Part shown: positions 32,914-41,772 of the stretch, in pieces | Layout: every line of letters begins with the position of its first letter | Numbering within the stretch: position 1 is the stretch's first letter | Assembly (NCBI GenBank): GCA_963850465.1 | Contig: CAWKLN010000020.1 | Location: 20,538-84,537 of the forward strand | Length of the DNA stretch: 64,000 nucleotides | DNA from: an uncultured delta proteobacterium | GTDB taxonomy: Bacteria > Desulfobacterota > Desulfobacteria > Desulfobacterales > UBA5852 | Reading direction: 5' to 3' | The notes under the pieces: model-generated | Database searches by the model: none | Told to the model about the DNA's origin: nothing | The model's input: the letters and a program-made list of their open reading frames with translations, nothing else | Translations under genes and position numbers: made by a program

Positions 32914-33117
32914 ATGAACGACACCATCGTGATCTATGGCAAGGACAGGTGACCCTATACGCAGCGGGCCAGGGAGGCCCACAAGGACCATATCTATATC
33001 GATGTCCAGCACGACCCGGATCAGATGGCGGAGATGCTTCGATTTTCAGAAGGACAGCGCAAAGTGCCCGTCATCGTCTCCGGCAGCTCGGTGCAAGTCG
33101 GCTATAACGGTGCCTGA
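32914..33117 (+). CDS. Glutaredoxin-like protein with an in-frame TGA (32950-32952) at the first active-site Cys position; candidate selenoprotein (67 aa)
   Basis: An AAGGAG sits 5 nt before the ATG. My own translation is MNDTIVIYGKDR-TGA-PYTQRAREAHKDHIYIDVQHDPDQMAEMLRFSEGQRKVPVIVSGSSVQVGYNGA. This aligns by eye with the glutaredoxin pattern (IxIYxKxxCPYC...VPxIF), placing the TGA at the first Cys. The ORF track misses it because of the TGA. Confidence 0.65.
32966..32980 (+). promoter_or_regulatory. GC hairpin 13 nt downstream of the in-frame TGA; SECIS-like candidate
   Basis: GGGCC-AGGGA-GGCCC is a 5-bp all-GC stem with a G-containing 5-nt loop. The stem starts 16 nt from the U of the UGA. 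Confidence 0.35.
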
Positions 33118-33392
33118 CGAATATAGCCGTCGGCCGTGTGCCGACAATTATAATTGCCGTCTTGGGTGACCCCACGGTGGCCGATGGATGCGACTATCTC
33201 CGCCATCCGTCTCCGTGGGCCAGCATCCTTGCCGGTGGTTTCGACAAAGAAAAATTCTTCGACTTCGTGAGGCCCCTCTCGCACGACTTAATGTAGCGGG
33301 TCGGAACAGGACGAATATCTTCTATGGCCCTCCGGAGATGGCGTCAGAAGCGCCTCGTCCGCGCCACCCTTCAAGTAAAGAGCGCTAATGTC

Positions 33393-34385
33393 ATGAAAGC
33401 GATCGTTGTCCATACCGACAAGAGTACCATCGATTTATCATGGGAAGAAATTCCAGGGGTTTCGCCCGGCCCGGATGACGTCCTGCTGGACATCCACGCC
33501 ACCGCCGTCAACCGTGCGGATCTGCTGCAGGCGCGTGGACTTTACCCCGCCCCCCCGGGGGATTCCCCCATTCTCGGTCTTGAAGTGGCCGGGCAAATTC
33601 AGGCGGTGGGTACCGCTGTCGAAGCCTGGGTTCCGGGGGACCGCGTCTGTGCCCTGGCGCTCGGCGGGGGATACGCCGAGCAGATCGTCTTGCCGCAGGG
33701 GCTGCTGATCCCCCTGCCCGACCAGTGGTCTTATGTACAGGGGGCCGCCGTTCCCGAAGTCTGGCTGACGGCCTACACCAACCTCTGCTTGGAAGGATCG
33801 ATGCAGGCCGGTGAGACGGTCTTGATTCACGCCGGTGCCAGTGGTGTCGGTACGGCGGCAATTCAACTCGGCCGGGAATTGGGCGCCCGGATCGCCGTCA
33901 CGGCAGGATCCGACGAAAAGCTGGCCCGCTGCCGGGAACTCGGCGCCGCGATAACAATTAATTATAGAACGGACAATTTCGGCGAAGCCATCATGTCCCT
34001 CACAGACAATCAGGGGGTCGATCTGATCTTAGATTGTATCGGCGGGCCTTATCTGGAGCAGAATCTCTCGATACTTAAACCCTACGGCCGCCTGATCACG
34101 ATCGGCGTCATGGGCGGAACCCAAGCCCCTCTGGATATGGCGGCCGTTCTTATGAAAAGTCTGACGCTGAAAGGGACACGATTGCGAGCACGATCGCGGG
34201 AAGCAAAAGCACAGATCACCCGACAATTCCGGGATCGCATCTGGCCTCTCTTGGTAGCCGGCAAAATCGCCCCTGTGGTGGATCGTGTTTTCCCCATTAC
34301 CTCCGCTGGCAGCGCCCACCAGTACCTAAAGGACAATCGCAATATCGGCAAGGTGGTTCTCGAGGTAGGCCCGGGAATCCGATAA
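33393..34385 (+). CDS. qor: NAD(P)H:quinone oxidoreductase (zeta-crystallin/PIG3-type MDR)
   Basis: AVNRADLLQARGLYPAPPG, ILGLEVAG and VLIHAGASGVGTAAIQL. The likely start is the ATG at 33393. Confidence 0.85.
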   Translation: MKAIVVHTDKSTIDLSWEEIPGVSPGPDDVLLDIHATAVNRADLLQARGLYPAPPGDSPILGLEVAGQIQAVGTAVEAWVPGDRVCALALGGGYAEQIVLPQGLLIPLPDQWSYVQGAAVPEVWLTAYTNLCLEGSMQAGETVLIHAGASGVGTAAIQLGRELGARIAVTAGSDEKLARCRELGAAITINYRTDNFGEAIMSLTDNQGVDLILDCIGGPYLEQNLSILKPYGRLITIGVMGGTQAPLDMAAVLMKSLTLKGTRLRARSREAKAQITRQFRDRIWPLLVAGKIAPVVDRVFPITSAGSAHQYLKDNRNIGKVVLEVGPGIR

Positions 34386-34470
34386 TACTCGGCAGGACTC
34401 CCGCCAAAGCCCATTTATCCATGTCGCGAGGGCGCGTTGATCGCGGTGAACAGGGGTGGGGGTAGGACCG

Positions 34471-35730
34471 TTATTGATCAGGAGCAGGGCGTTTAAAAAC
34501 GATCGAAGCGTTATGGCCGCCGAAACCGAATGTGTTGCTCAGGGCGATATTCACGGTTCGTTCCTGGGCCTGGTTGAAAGTAAAATTGAGCCCGGCATCG
34601 ATGCGCTCGTCATCCGCGAAGTGGTTGATGGTCGGCGGCACGCGATGATGGTGAATGGCCAGAATGCACGCAATGGCCTCAATGGCCCCGGCGGCACCCA
34701 GAAGATGGCCGGTCATGGATTTGGTGGAACTGATGTTCAGTTTTTCAGCATGCTCGCCGAACACACGGCGGATGGCCAACGCCTCGCTGATATCCCCGAG
34801 AGGTGTGGATGTCCCGTGGGCATTGATATAATCCACATCCTGGGGTTGAATCCCGGAACATTGCAGGGCATTGCGCATCACCTTTTCGGCCCCTAACCCC
34901 TCAGGATGGGGTGCGGTGATGTGGTAAGCGTCGGCCGACATGCCGCCACCAATGATTTCCGCATAGATGCGGGCCCCGCGTTTTTTAGCATGGGCTTCCG
35001 CCTCCAGTACGAGCGCGCCGGCGCCTTCACCAATGACAAAACCGTCCCGATCCCGGTCGAATGGCCGGGAAGCCTTATCCGGCGCATCGTTCCGTGCCGA
35101 GATGGCTTTCATCGAGCTGAACCCGCCCAGGCCACACTCCGTCACCGGGGCCTCCGATCCACCTGTTATAAACAGATCCGCATACCCTGATCTTATATAG
35201 GTGTATGCATCCAGAATGGCGTTGGTCGAAGAGGCGCAGGCGGACACGGTAGCAAAATTGGGCCCACGGAAACCATAACGAATGGACAGATGCCCGGCGG
35301 CAATATCAGCAATCATTTTAGGGATAAAAAACGGGTTGAAGCGCGGGCGCCCATCACCCCGAGCGTACTTGCCCACCTCATCTTGAAAGGTCTGCAATCC
35401 GCCAATGCCCGAGCCCCAGATCGCTCCGGCACGATCTTTATCTAACCGGTCCAGTTCCAGACCCGCATCCCGGATCGCCTCGTCCGCAACCACCAAGGCA
35501 TATTGGGTATAAGCATCCATCTTGCGGGCATCTTTGGGCCCAAAATAGGCCTCACCATCAAATCCTTTGATTTCACAGGCAAAGCGTGTCTTGAAGTGCT
35601 CGGCGTCAAATCGCGTTATCGGAGCCCCGCCGCTGCGCCCGTCCATAAGACCGCCCCAATACTCCTCGAGAGTGTTGCCGATAGCCGTCAAAGCGCCCAT
35701 TCCCGTGACCACGACACGCCGAGATTCCAT
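34471..35730 (-). CDS. fabF: Beta-ketoacyl-ACP synthase II
   Basis: RRVVVTGMGALTAIG, the active-site ACASS, HGTSTPLGD and NTFGFGGHN. The start is the ATG at 35730 (MESRR). Confidence 0.9.
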   Translation of the reverse strand: MESRRVVVTGMGALTAIGNTLEEYWGGLMDGRSGGAPITRFDAEHFKTRFACEIKGFDGEAYFGPKDARKMDAYTQYALVVADEAIRDAGLELDRLDKDRAGAIWGSGIGGLQTFQDEVGKYARGDGRPRFNPFFIPKMIADIAAGHLSIRYGFRGPNFATVSACASSTNAILDAYTYIRSGYADLFITGGSEAPVTECGLGGFSSMKAISARNDAPDKASRPFDRDRDGFVIGEGAGALVLEAEAHAKKRGARIYAEIIGGGMSADAYHITAPHPEGLGAEKVMRNALQCSGIQPQDVDYINAHGTSTPLGDISEALAIRRVFGEHAEKLNISSTKSMTGHLLGAAGAIEAIACILAIHHHRVPPTINHFADDERIDAGLNFTFNQAQERTVNIALSNTFGFGGHNASIVFKRPAPDQ

Positions 35731-36159
35731 TAAAACATCCTTTTCCTCAGTGCGGATTGACGCATCAAACAAAACCAGATGCCACCAATCGATTTTTAGC
35801 AGGCCTAAAGCATAAAAGTGATCGCATCGGGTGTCAAGCCTTCCCTCCCGCCGAAGCACTGCGACAGTAGTGGGCTGCGCTGTCGCGCGCGGCGATCGGA
35901 TCTTCGATCCGGGTGTTCTTGGACTCCGATGTGTTTTTCAGTGAAACACGATATCGACAGGGGAACCGCGCGAACAAAGTGTGGAGCAAGCGGCCCATTC
36001 AGCGATCGCAAGGCCGGAGGGACGTTCCCGTCGGGCGACATTCCTCATCGTTTTTACACTAGCGTGCGTGACCACCGGCTCCAAACGCCGAGATACGACG
36101 TTCAGGCGCCCTATTGCGCCGTTTAGCACTTTATCAAGCGGTCAAGGCAGATTCACAAA

Positions 36160-36423
36160 TCAGCATTTAAAGGGGTAAAAATGATGGTAGCAATAAGATC
36201 CTTTATCGCCGTATAGAATCTCCGTTTCCGCCATACACTGGCCGATCATGCCCTGGGAGACTTGGGCATAGTCCGCCTTTTGTTCCTCTGTCTTTTTGCA
36301 GTCCATGCATATGGGATGGTGGGTGTAGGATGATAGAATGCGGAGATCCTGCGGACCAATGGCCTTTTGGCATGCCGAGCACGCGACGGCGCAGGCCAAT
36401 TTTTCTTCCCAGTTGTCTTTCAT
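36160..36423 (-). CDS. Cys-rich small hypothetical protein (87 aa; two CxxC pairs)
   Basis: It contains CSAC and CMDC pairs plus four further Cys. I recognised no family. Confidence 0.55.
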   Translation of the reverse strand: MKDNWEEKLACAVACSACQKAIGPQDLRILSSYTHHPICMDCKKTEEQKADYAQVSQGMIGQCMAETEILYGDKGSYCYHHFYPFKC

Positions 36424-36509
36424 TTTAGATTCCTTTGGTGCTCCATTCTGTTTGGCAGGACGATCCGACCCAAATAGATTGAGCTTTTGACCCGTTTTTA
36501 TGGAAAAGC

Positions 36510-36998
36510 TTACTTCTTCTGGGAAAGTTCTTCCCTGGATCGAAGCAGTTCTTCTGAAGTCATGCGTAACCGCGTGGCCAAAATTTGAGCGAAGCCGCGG
36601 AAAATCGTATAGCGGAATGCGAGCTTAGAGTCACCGTAAAGTGATTCCACAGTAGACATGTCGGTTTGCAGGCAGACCGTTTTTTCAATGGCAAATACGG
36701 AGGCTGACCGCGCAGAGCCGTCAATAACACCCATTTCACCAAAAACATCGCCCGTGCGCTGTATCGTCGCAAGCTCTTTGCCATTTTTGACGATGCGGGC
36801 TTTCCCGGAAATCAGATAAAAAATGCTCCGCTCAAATTGGCCTTCTTCCAGGATCTGCTCACCGGGTTCAAACTCTATGATTTGGCTCATCTCCAACAAG
36901 GCCTGCAGATGGCGCTTTTCGAGTGCACGCATGGCTGGAATCTTCATCAGCTTCTGAATAATGATTTCGCTATCTTTTAGAAAATCCGCATCAATCAT
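36510..36998 (-). CDS. Stand-alone cyclic-nucleotide-binding domain protein
   Basis: The phosphate-binding cassette FGEMGVIDGSARSASV is present and there is no effector domain. The start is the ATG at 36998 or the GTG at 37007. Confidence 0.85.
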   Translation of the reverse strand: MIDADFLKDSEIIIQKLMKIPAMRALEKRHLQALLEMSQIIEFEPGEQILEEGQFERSIFYLISGKARIVKNGKELATIQRTGDVFGEMGVIDGSARSASVFAIEKTVCLQTDMSTVESLYGDSKLAFRYTIFRGFAQILATRLRMTSEELLRSREELSQKK

Positions 36999-37177
36999 GA
37001 TATCCACCTATTGCGCTTGGTAACTCCTGTAATCGCTCGCCCGGCAATCGCTACACCCATGAATGATTCCGCCCGGACGCCTAAGAAATCAAAATTACCA
37101 TTAAAAACCAAAGAGTTATATGTATAACTGAATTAGTATAAAACTGGCCGACAACCATGTCAACCACGGCTTGATTC

Positions 37178-37206
37178 TTGACACACCGTGTTGGTTTTTA
37201 TATGAT
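37178..37206 (+). promoter_or_regulatory. Candidate sigma-70 promoter (TTGACA-17 nt-TATGAT) for the 37260 gene
   Basis: The -35 TTGACA is at 37178-37183 and the -10 TATGAT at 37201-37206, about 54 nt upstream of the ATG. Confidence 0.45.
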
Positions 37207-37259
37207 TTGCACGCAGTAGACAATAACAAGAGTGGTGAGCCTGTTGAAAGAGGTGTAAA

Positions 37260-37787
37260 ATGGCCGAAACAGTGGATATCAGTATATATCTGGACCAGGT
37301 CCGTGAGGTCGAAATTCTCTACCATCTCAAAGAGGATGAATTGAACCGATTTCTGACGGTATCTGAAGCGGTCCTCTATAGTAAGGGAGAAAAAATCGTT
37401 GCCCAGGGCGACAGCGGTAATTTTCTCTATGCCATTGTGACTGGCACGGCCGATGTCAGCTTCCGAGATCTCAACGACGACGAAATGTTCGTTTCATCCG
37501 TCGATGCCGGCGACATGTTCGGGGAAGCGGCTTTTTTCACCTCCGAAACACGAACGGCCAGCGTGACCTGCGCTGACGATACGGTGGCCTTGCGAATTCA
37601 CAAGGGCGACCTGCTGCAATTCATCAAGGACAATCCCCGATCGGGCAATAAGGTCTTGATGATGATCATCCTTAGCCTGCTAAAAAAACTGAAGCAAACC
37701 AATCAGGAACTGGCCTACGAAAAACAGTCCGAAATAGACTTCAACTACGCCGACACGCTTATCCAGGATTTTTTGAACGACATTTGA
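37260..37787 (+). CDS. Stand-alone cyclic-nucleotide-binding domain protein
   Basis: The phosphate-binding cassette FGEAAFFTSETRTASV is present and there is no effector domain. Confidence 0.85.
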   Translation: MAETVDISIYLDQVREVEILYHLKEDELNRFLTVSEAVLYSKGEKIVAQGDSGNFLYAIVTGTADVSFRDLNDDEMFVSSVDAGDMFGEAAFFTSETRTASVTCADDTVALRIHKGDLLQFIKDNPRSGNKVLMMIILSLLKKLKQTNQELAYEKQSEIDFNYADTLIQDFLNDI

Positions 37788-38075
37788 CGCACGCTGAAGC
37801 TAAGCCACCGCAAGGATTTCGTATTTTCATTCAATAGCACCCGCTCGTTTTTTCACACCATCCAGCGGGAACATCCCCCACGGACACCGGCCGGGGAAAG
37901 ATTGATCGCGATCACCCCCGCCGCCACCGGCGATGCGTCCCCCTCTTGTCTATACATCGTTTCAAAACCTCCAATCGCATTCAAGGACCAGGCACAGACG
38001 GAAAAAAGCGTGCCGCACAGGCAGGATGTGTGGTCACCTTAAAGGCGTTGTGACTCACCCGTTTACCCAAATGAC

Positions 38076-38098
38076 ACGAAACGGCCGGCTCGCGGCCG
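38076..38098 (-). terminator. Weak terminator-like hairpin downstream of comM/yifB
   Basis: On the minus strand this reads CGGCCG-cgagc-CGGCCG followed by TTTCGTGTCATTT. Confidence 0.3.
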
Positions 38099-38142
38099 AC
38101 ACCGCCATTGAACGTTGGGAGAGGTTCGGAGATCACATACCG

Positions 38143-39666
38143 TCAGGACCGATCCATACTTCGATACTGAATCGCCTCCGCGATATGCTGTCTGTCGATC
38201 GTTTCGACCCCGGCCAGATCCGCCAGCGTACGCGCAATTTTCAGAATACGGTGGTAGGCACGCGCCGATAGTGCCAATTTTTCAATAGCCGATTCAAGCA
38301 ACCGCATGCAGTCCGCATTGATGGAACAGAAGGTTTTGATTTGCCGGCTGTTCATCTGGGCGTTGCAATGAATCTTGGAGCGCCGGAAACGCTGATTCTG
38401 AATGGCACGCGTGCGCGTCACACGTTCCCGGATATCCTGCGACGGCTCTGCGCCCGGCCGATCGGTCAAATCGCGATAGGGCACCGCGGGAACCTCCACA
38501 TGGATATCGACACGATCTATGAGCGGGCCCGAAATTTTAGAGCGATAACGATGAATCTGAGGGGCCGAGCAGGAGCAGGCATGGTTCGGATCCGAAAAAT
38601 AGCCGCACGGGCACGGATTCATGGCTGCCACCAACATGAAGCCGGCCGGATAGGTCAGCGTCGAAGCGGCTCGCGATATGGTCACCCAGTGATCCTCCAG
38701 CGGCTGGCGCAGAACCTCCAACACGTGCTTTTTAAACTCCGGCAGTTCATCCAGAAACAACACCCCGTTATGCGCCAGACTGACTTCCCCTGGGCGTGGC
38801 ACATGGCCGCCGCCGATCAACCCTGCATCGGAAATGGTATGATGCGGCGACCGAAATGGTCGCTGGACGACCAGCGCCTGGTCTTTGGCCATCATGCTCA
38901 CAACACTGTATATTTTGGTCGTTTCAATCGCCTCTTCAAAAGTGAGCGTGGGCAAAATCGTTGGTATGCGTCGGGCCAGCATTGTTTTGCCAGAACCCGG
39001 CGGCCCGATCATCAGGATATTGTGACCACCGGCCGCCGCCACCTCAATGGCCCGTTTGGCATGCTCCTGACCCATGACGTCGGCAAAATCATCTTCTTGT
39101 CCTTCGACACGCGACAATAGCTTCTCCAGGTCTGGGTCGACAGGCACCAGTGTCGATTCCCCTCTCAAAAAAGATACCACCTGGGCCAGACTCTCCGCCG
39201 GCAGCACCTCAATCCCATCGACCACCGCGGCTTCCAACCCATTATCGACCGGTACGATAATCCCCGCATAACCGGCTCGGCGGGCCTCCAGCGCCATGGG
39301 CAGCGAGCCGGCCACCGGTTTGATGCGGCCATCCAGTGAAAGCTCGCCCAGGACAAGATAGTCCGTCAGGCTTTCGACAGGTATATGCCGGGTTGCCGCC
39401 AGAATGCCGATCGCCATGGGCAGATCGAAGCCTGTCCCGTCTTTCTTAATGTGAGCGGGGGCCAAATTGACGGTAATCCGGTCGTCTGGAAAGCGGTAGC
39501 CGGAATTCTGGATTGCGGATTTAACCCTTTCACGGCTTTCCTTGACGGCCGTTTCCGGCAACCCAACCGTTGTAAAGCACGGAAGACCGGAAGCAATATC
39601 CACTTCAACTTCGACCATATAGGCATCGATACCGATGACCGCGCTGCTGAGAACCTTGGCTAGCAA
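38143..39666 (-). CDS. comM: YifB/ComM-family Mg-chelatase-like AAA+ ATPase
   Basis: 507 aa with N-terminal [18 protein letters not shown], the Walker A GPPGSGKT and C-terminal [18 protein letters not shown]. The TTG start follows AAGGAG. Confidence 0.9.
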   Translation of the reverse strand: MLAKVLSSAVIGIDAYMVEVEVDIASGLPCFTTVGLPETAVKESRERVKSAIQNSGYRFPDDRITVNLAPAHIKKDGTGFDLPMAIGILAATRHIPVESLTDYLVLGELSLDGRIKPVAGSLPMALEARRAGYAGIIVPVDNGLEAAVVDGIEVLPAESLAQVVSFLRGESTLVPVDPDLEKLLSRVEGQEDDFADVMGQEHAKRAIEVAAAGGHNILMIGPPGSGKTMLARRIPTILPTLTFEEAIETTKIYSVVSMMAKDQALVVQRPFRSPHHTISDAGLIGGGHVPRPGEVSLAHNGVLFLDELPEFKKHVLEVLRQPLEDHWVTISRAASTLTYPAGFMLVAAMNPCPCGYFSDPNHACSCSAPQIHRYRSKISGPLIDRVDIHVEVPAVPYRDLTDRPGAEPSQDIRERVTRTRAIQNQRFRRSKIHCNAQMNSRQIKTFCSINADCMRLLESAIEKLALSARAYHRILKIARTLADLAGVETIDRQHIAEAIQYRSMDRS

Positions 39667-39918
39667 AAGGACTCCTTATTTTTTGTGGGAATATTCCAAA
39701 ATTTTTTGGGTCGATGGATACGAACGGAGAATCCCGTTATGGAGTCATTCGGTGGGTCAGTGTTGCCGGAATTAGGCCATTTGTTGACATTTTAACAAAC
39801 TTGACGACCAAAGGCAATCCCACCCATCTGTTTCCTATGGAGGACAGGTGTGATATGGATACACATAGATAATTACTGGTCCATGCCTCTTTGGCATAAC
39901 CAATAGAGATCAACTTGT

Positions 39919-39946
39919 TTGACAGTTCTGCCTAATGTTATAAAAT
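39919..39946 (+). promoter_or_regulatory. Candidate sigma-70 promoter (TTGACA-16 nt-TAAAAT) upstream of lpxC
   Basis: The -35 is at 39919-39924 and the -10 at 39941-39946, about 118 nt upstream of the lpxC ATG. Confidence 0.35.
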
Positions 39947-40063
39947 TTAGTAAGTTACGCAACCAGCGCCCATTCGGCACCCTCTGCTGGTACGCTATTT
40001 GCTTAGTGATACCGGCAACATGACGGAAGACTGGTGTCAATATGTAACAAGGATTCAACACAT

Positions 40064-40987
40064 ATGAATATATCGACTTGCCCCATAAAGCAGCGAACAA
40101 TCGCACATGCCGCCACTTGTTCCGGTATCGGCGTACACTCCGGCAAAAAAGCCCGCTTAACGATCAAACCTGCTTCAGCCAACCGCGGCATCCGATTTGT
40201 CCGCACCGATCTGCCCGGCACACCCATGATTTCAGCCCTTTTCAATCAGGTTGTCGATACGAGCCTGGCCACTGTCATTGGTAGCGATGGATGCATTGTA
40301 TCCACCATCGAGCATTTGATGGCCGCTCTCTCCGCGCTCTCCATCGACAACGCGATAATTGAAATTGATGCTTACGAAATGCCGATTATGGATGGCAGCG
40401 CACGCCCCTTTTTTGACCTGATTCAAACGGCCGGCATTGAAGAACAAGACGCGGACCGTTGTTTCTTTATCATCAAAGAAGCCATTGAACTGCGTGATGG
40501 TGATAAATTTGTGAGGGCTTATCCCGACGCCGGTCGCAAACTTTCATGTACCATTGAGTATGACCACCCTCTGATCCGAAAGCAATCCATCACGGTAGAC
40601 CTTGACGCCCATGTATTCCGAGAAGATATTTCTACTGCCCGCACTTTTGGATTCATGCATGAGGTAGAAATGATGAAGCGTTTCGGGCTCGCCCGGGGAG
40701 GCTCGCTGGACAATGCCATTGTGATTGATCAGAAGGATATCGTCAACCCCGGCGGTTTGCGGTTTGCCGATGAGTTTGTTCGACACAAGCTGTTGGACTG
40801 CATCGGGGACTTCTCTCTACTAGGCATGCCGATTGTCGGCCACATAGAGACGCATCGTTCCGGCCACGCATTCAACCACGCCTTCCTGGAAAAACTTTTC
40901 CAAAATAAATCCACATGGCAAGCCAGCCCGATCCACACAAAGGTCGAACCGACTTTGCCTGCCCCTCCGAAAGCACTTGCCATTTAA
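40064..40987 (+). CDS. lpxC: UDP-3-O-acyl-N-acetylglucosamine deacetylase
   Basis: GIGVHSGKK, STIEHLMAAL, EMPIMDGSA and HKLLDCIGD are typical LpxC motifs. Confidence 0.9.
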   Translation: MNISTCPIKQRTIAHAATCSGIGVHSGKKARLTIKPASANRGIRFVRTDLPGTPMISALFNQVVDTSLATVIGSDGCIVSTIEHLMAALSALSIDNAIIEIDAYEMPIMDGSARPFFDLIQTAGIEEQDADRCFFIIKEAIELRDGDKFVRAYPDAGRKLSCTIEYDHPLIRKQSITVDLDAHVFREDISTARTFGFMHEVEMMKRFGLARGGSLDNAIVIDQKDIVNPGGLRFADEFVRHKLLDCIGDFSLLGMPIVGHIETHRSGHAFNHAFLEKLFQNKSTWQASPIHTKVEPTLPAPPKALAI

Positions 40988-41171
40988 CCGCCAATCCGCT
41001 ATTACCTTGAAAGGTAATCAGGGAATTATGTAATATTTTTTGGGGGTTGAAACGCCTCAGGGCCGAGGGATCGCCAACGGTATTACCCGGGAAAACCGGG
41101 GCGGCAACAGACGGCCGTTGATGTAAAGGACAATGCTCTAAACAGGCGAATTTCTTTCCAGGCAATTGCGA

Positions 41172-41747
41172 ATGCTATTATCTTCTCCTTTTCAGCGCGG
41201 TATATGGTTCGCCTTTCTTTTGGTGCTATCCATGATGCCCGGAATCGCAGGCGCTCAGGAAGCACGCCTGAAAAACATCACGATTTCAAGCACAGAAGAA
41301 AAGCTTCTCGTGTCCATGGAAATTGAGGGGGCATTCACACAGGATGTCATGGAAGCCATCCTAAAGGGGGTCCCTGCCGATTTTTCCTTCCTTGTCAAAC
41401 TCGATCGATCCCGCAGCTGGTGGGCCAACGAAGAACTCGCTGATATTGAAGCCACCCACACCATCAAATACGATAACTTGAAAAAGGAATTTTCCGTTTT
41501 CCGATCGTGGATTGATAAAAAGCCAATCCTGACCCAATCATTGGCAGAAGCCCAGGCGTTGATGACCCAGATCGAAAGATTGACCATAATCGATATCAAC
41601 CGGATGCAAAAGAACCAACAATACGAACTACGGGCCAAAGCGGAATTGAGTAAGATGACCCTTCCGTTCTATCTTCATTATGTGTTCTATTTTGTTTCCT
41701 TGTGGGACTTCGAAACCGATTGGCATTCGGTCGTGTTTGTCTATTAA
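41172..41747 (+). CDS. DUF4390-domain protein
   Basis: A signal peptide is followed by RLKNITISSTEEKLLVSMEIEG...TIKYDNLKKEF...YELRAKAEL. It sits directly upstream of an NtrY-type kinase, as is usual for this family. Confidence 0.75.
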   Translation: MLLSSPFQRGIWFAFLLVLSMMPGIAGAQEARLKNITISSTEEKLLVSMEIEGAFTQDVMEAILKGVPADFSFLVKLDRSRSWWANEELADIEATHTIKYDNLKKEFSVFRSWIDKKPILTQSLAEAQALMTQIERLTIIDINRMQKNQQYELRAKAELSKMTLPFYLHYVFYFVSLWDFETDWHSVVFVY

Positions 41748-41772
41748 ACACGCATCACTCCGGCGGCAGGCC

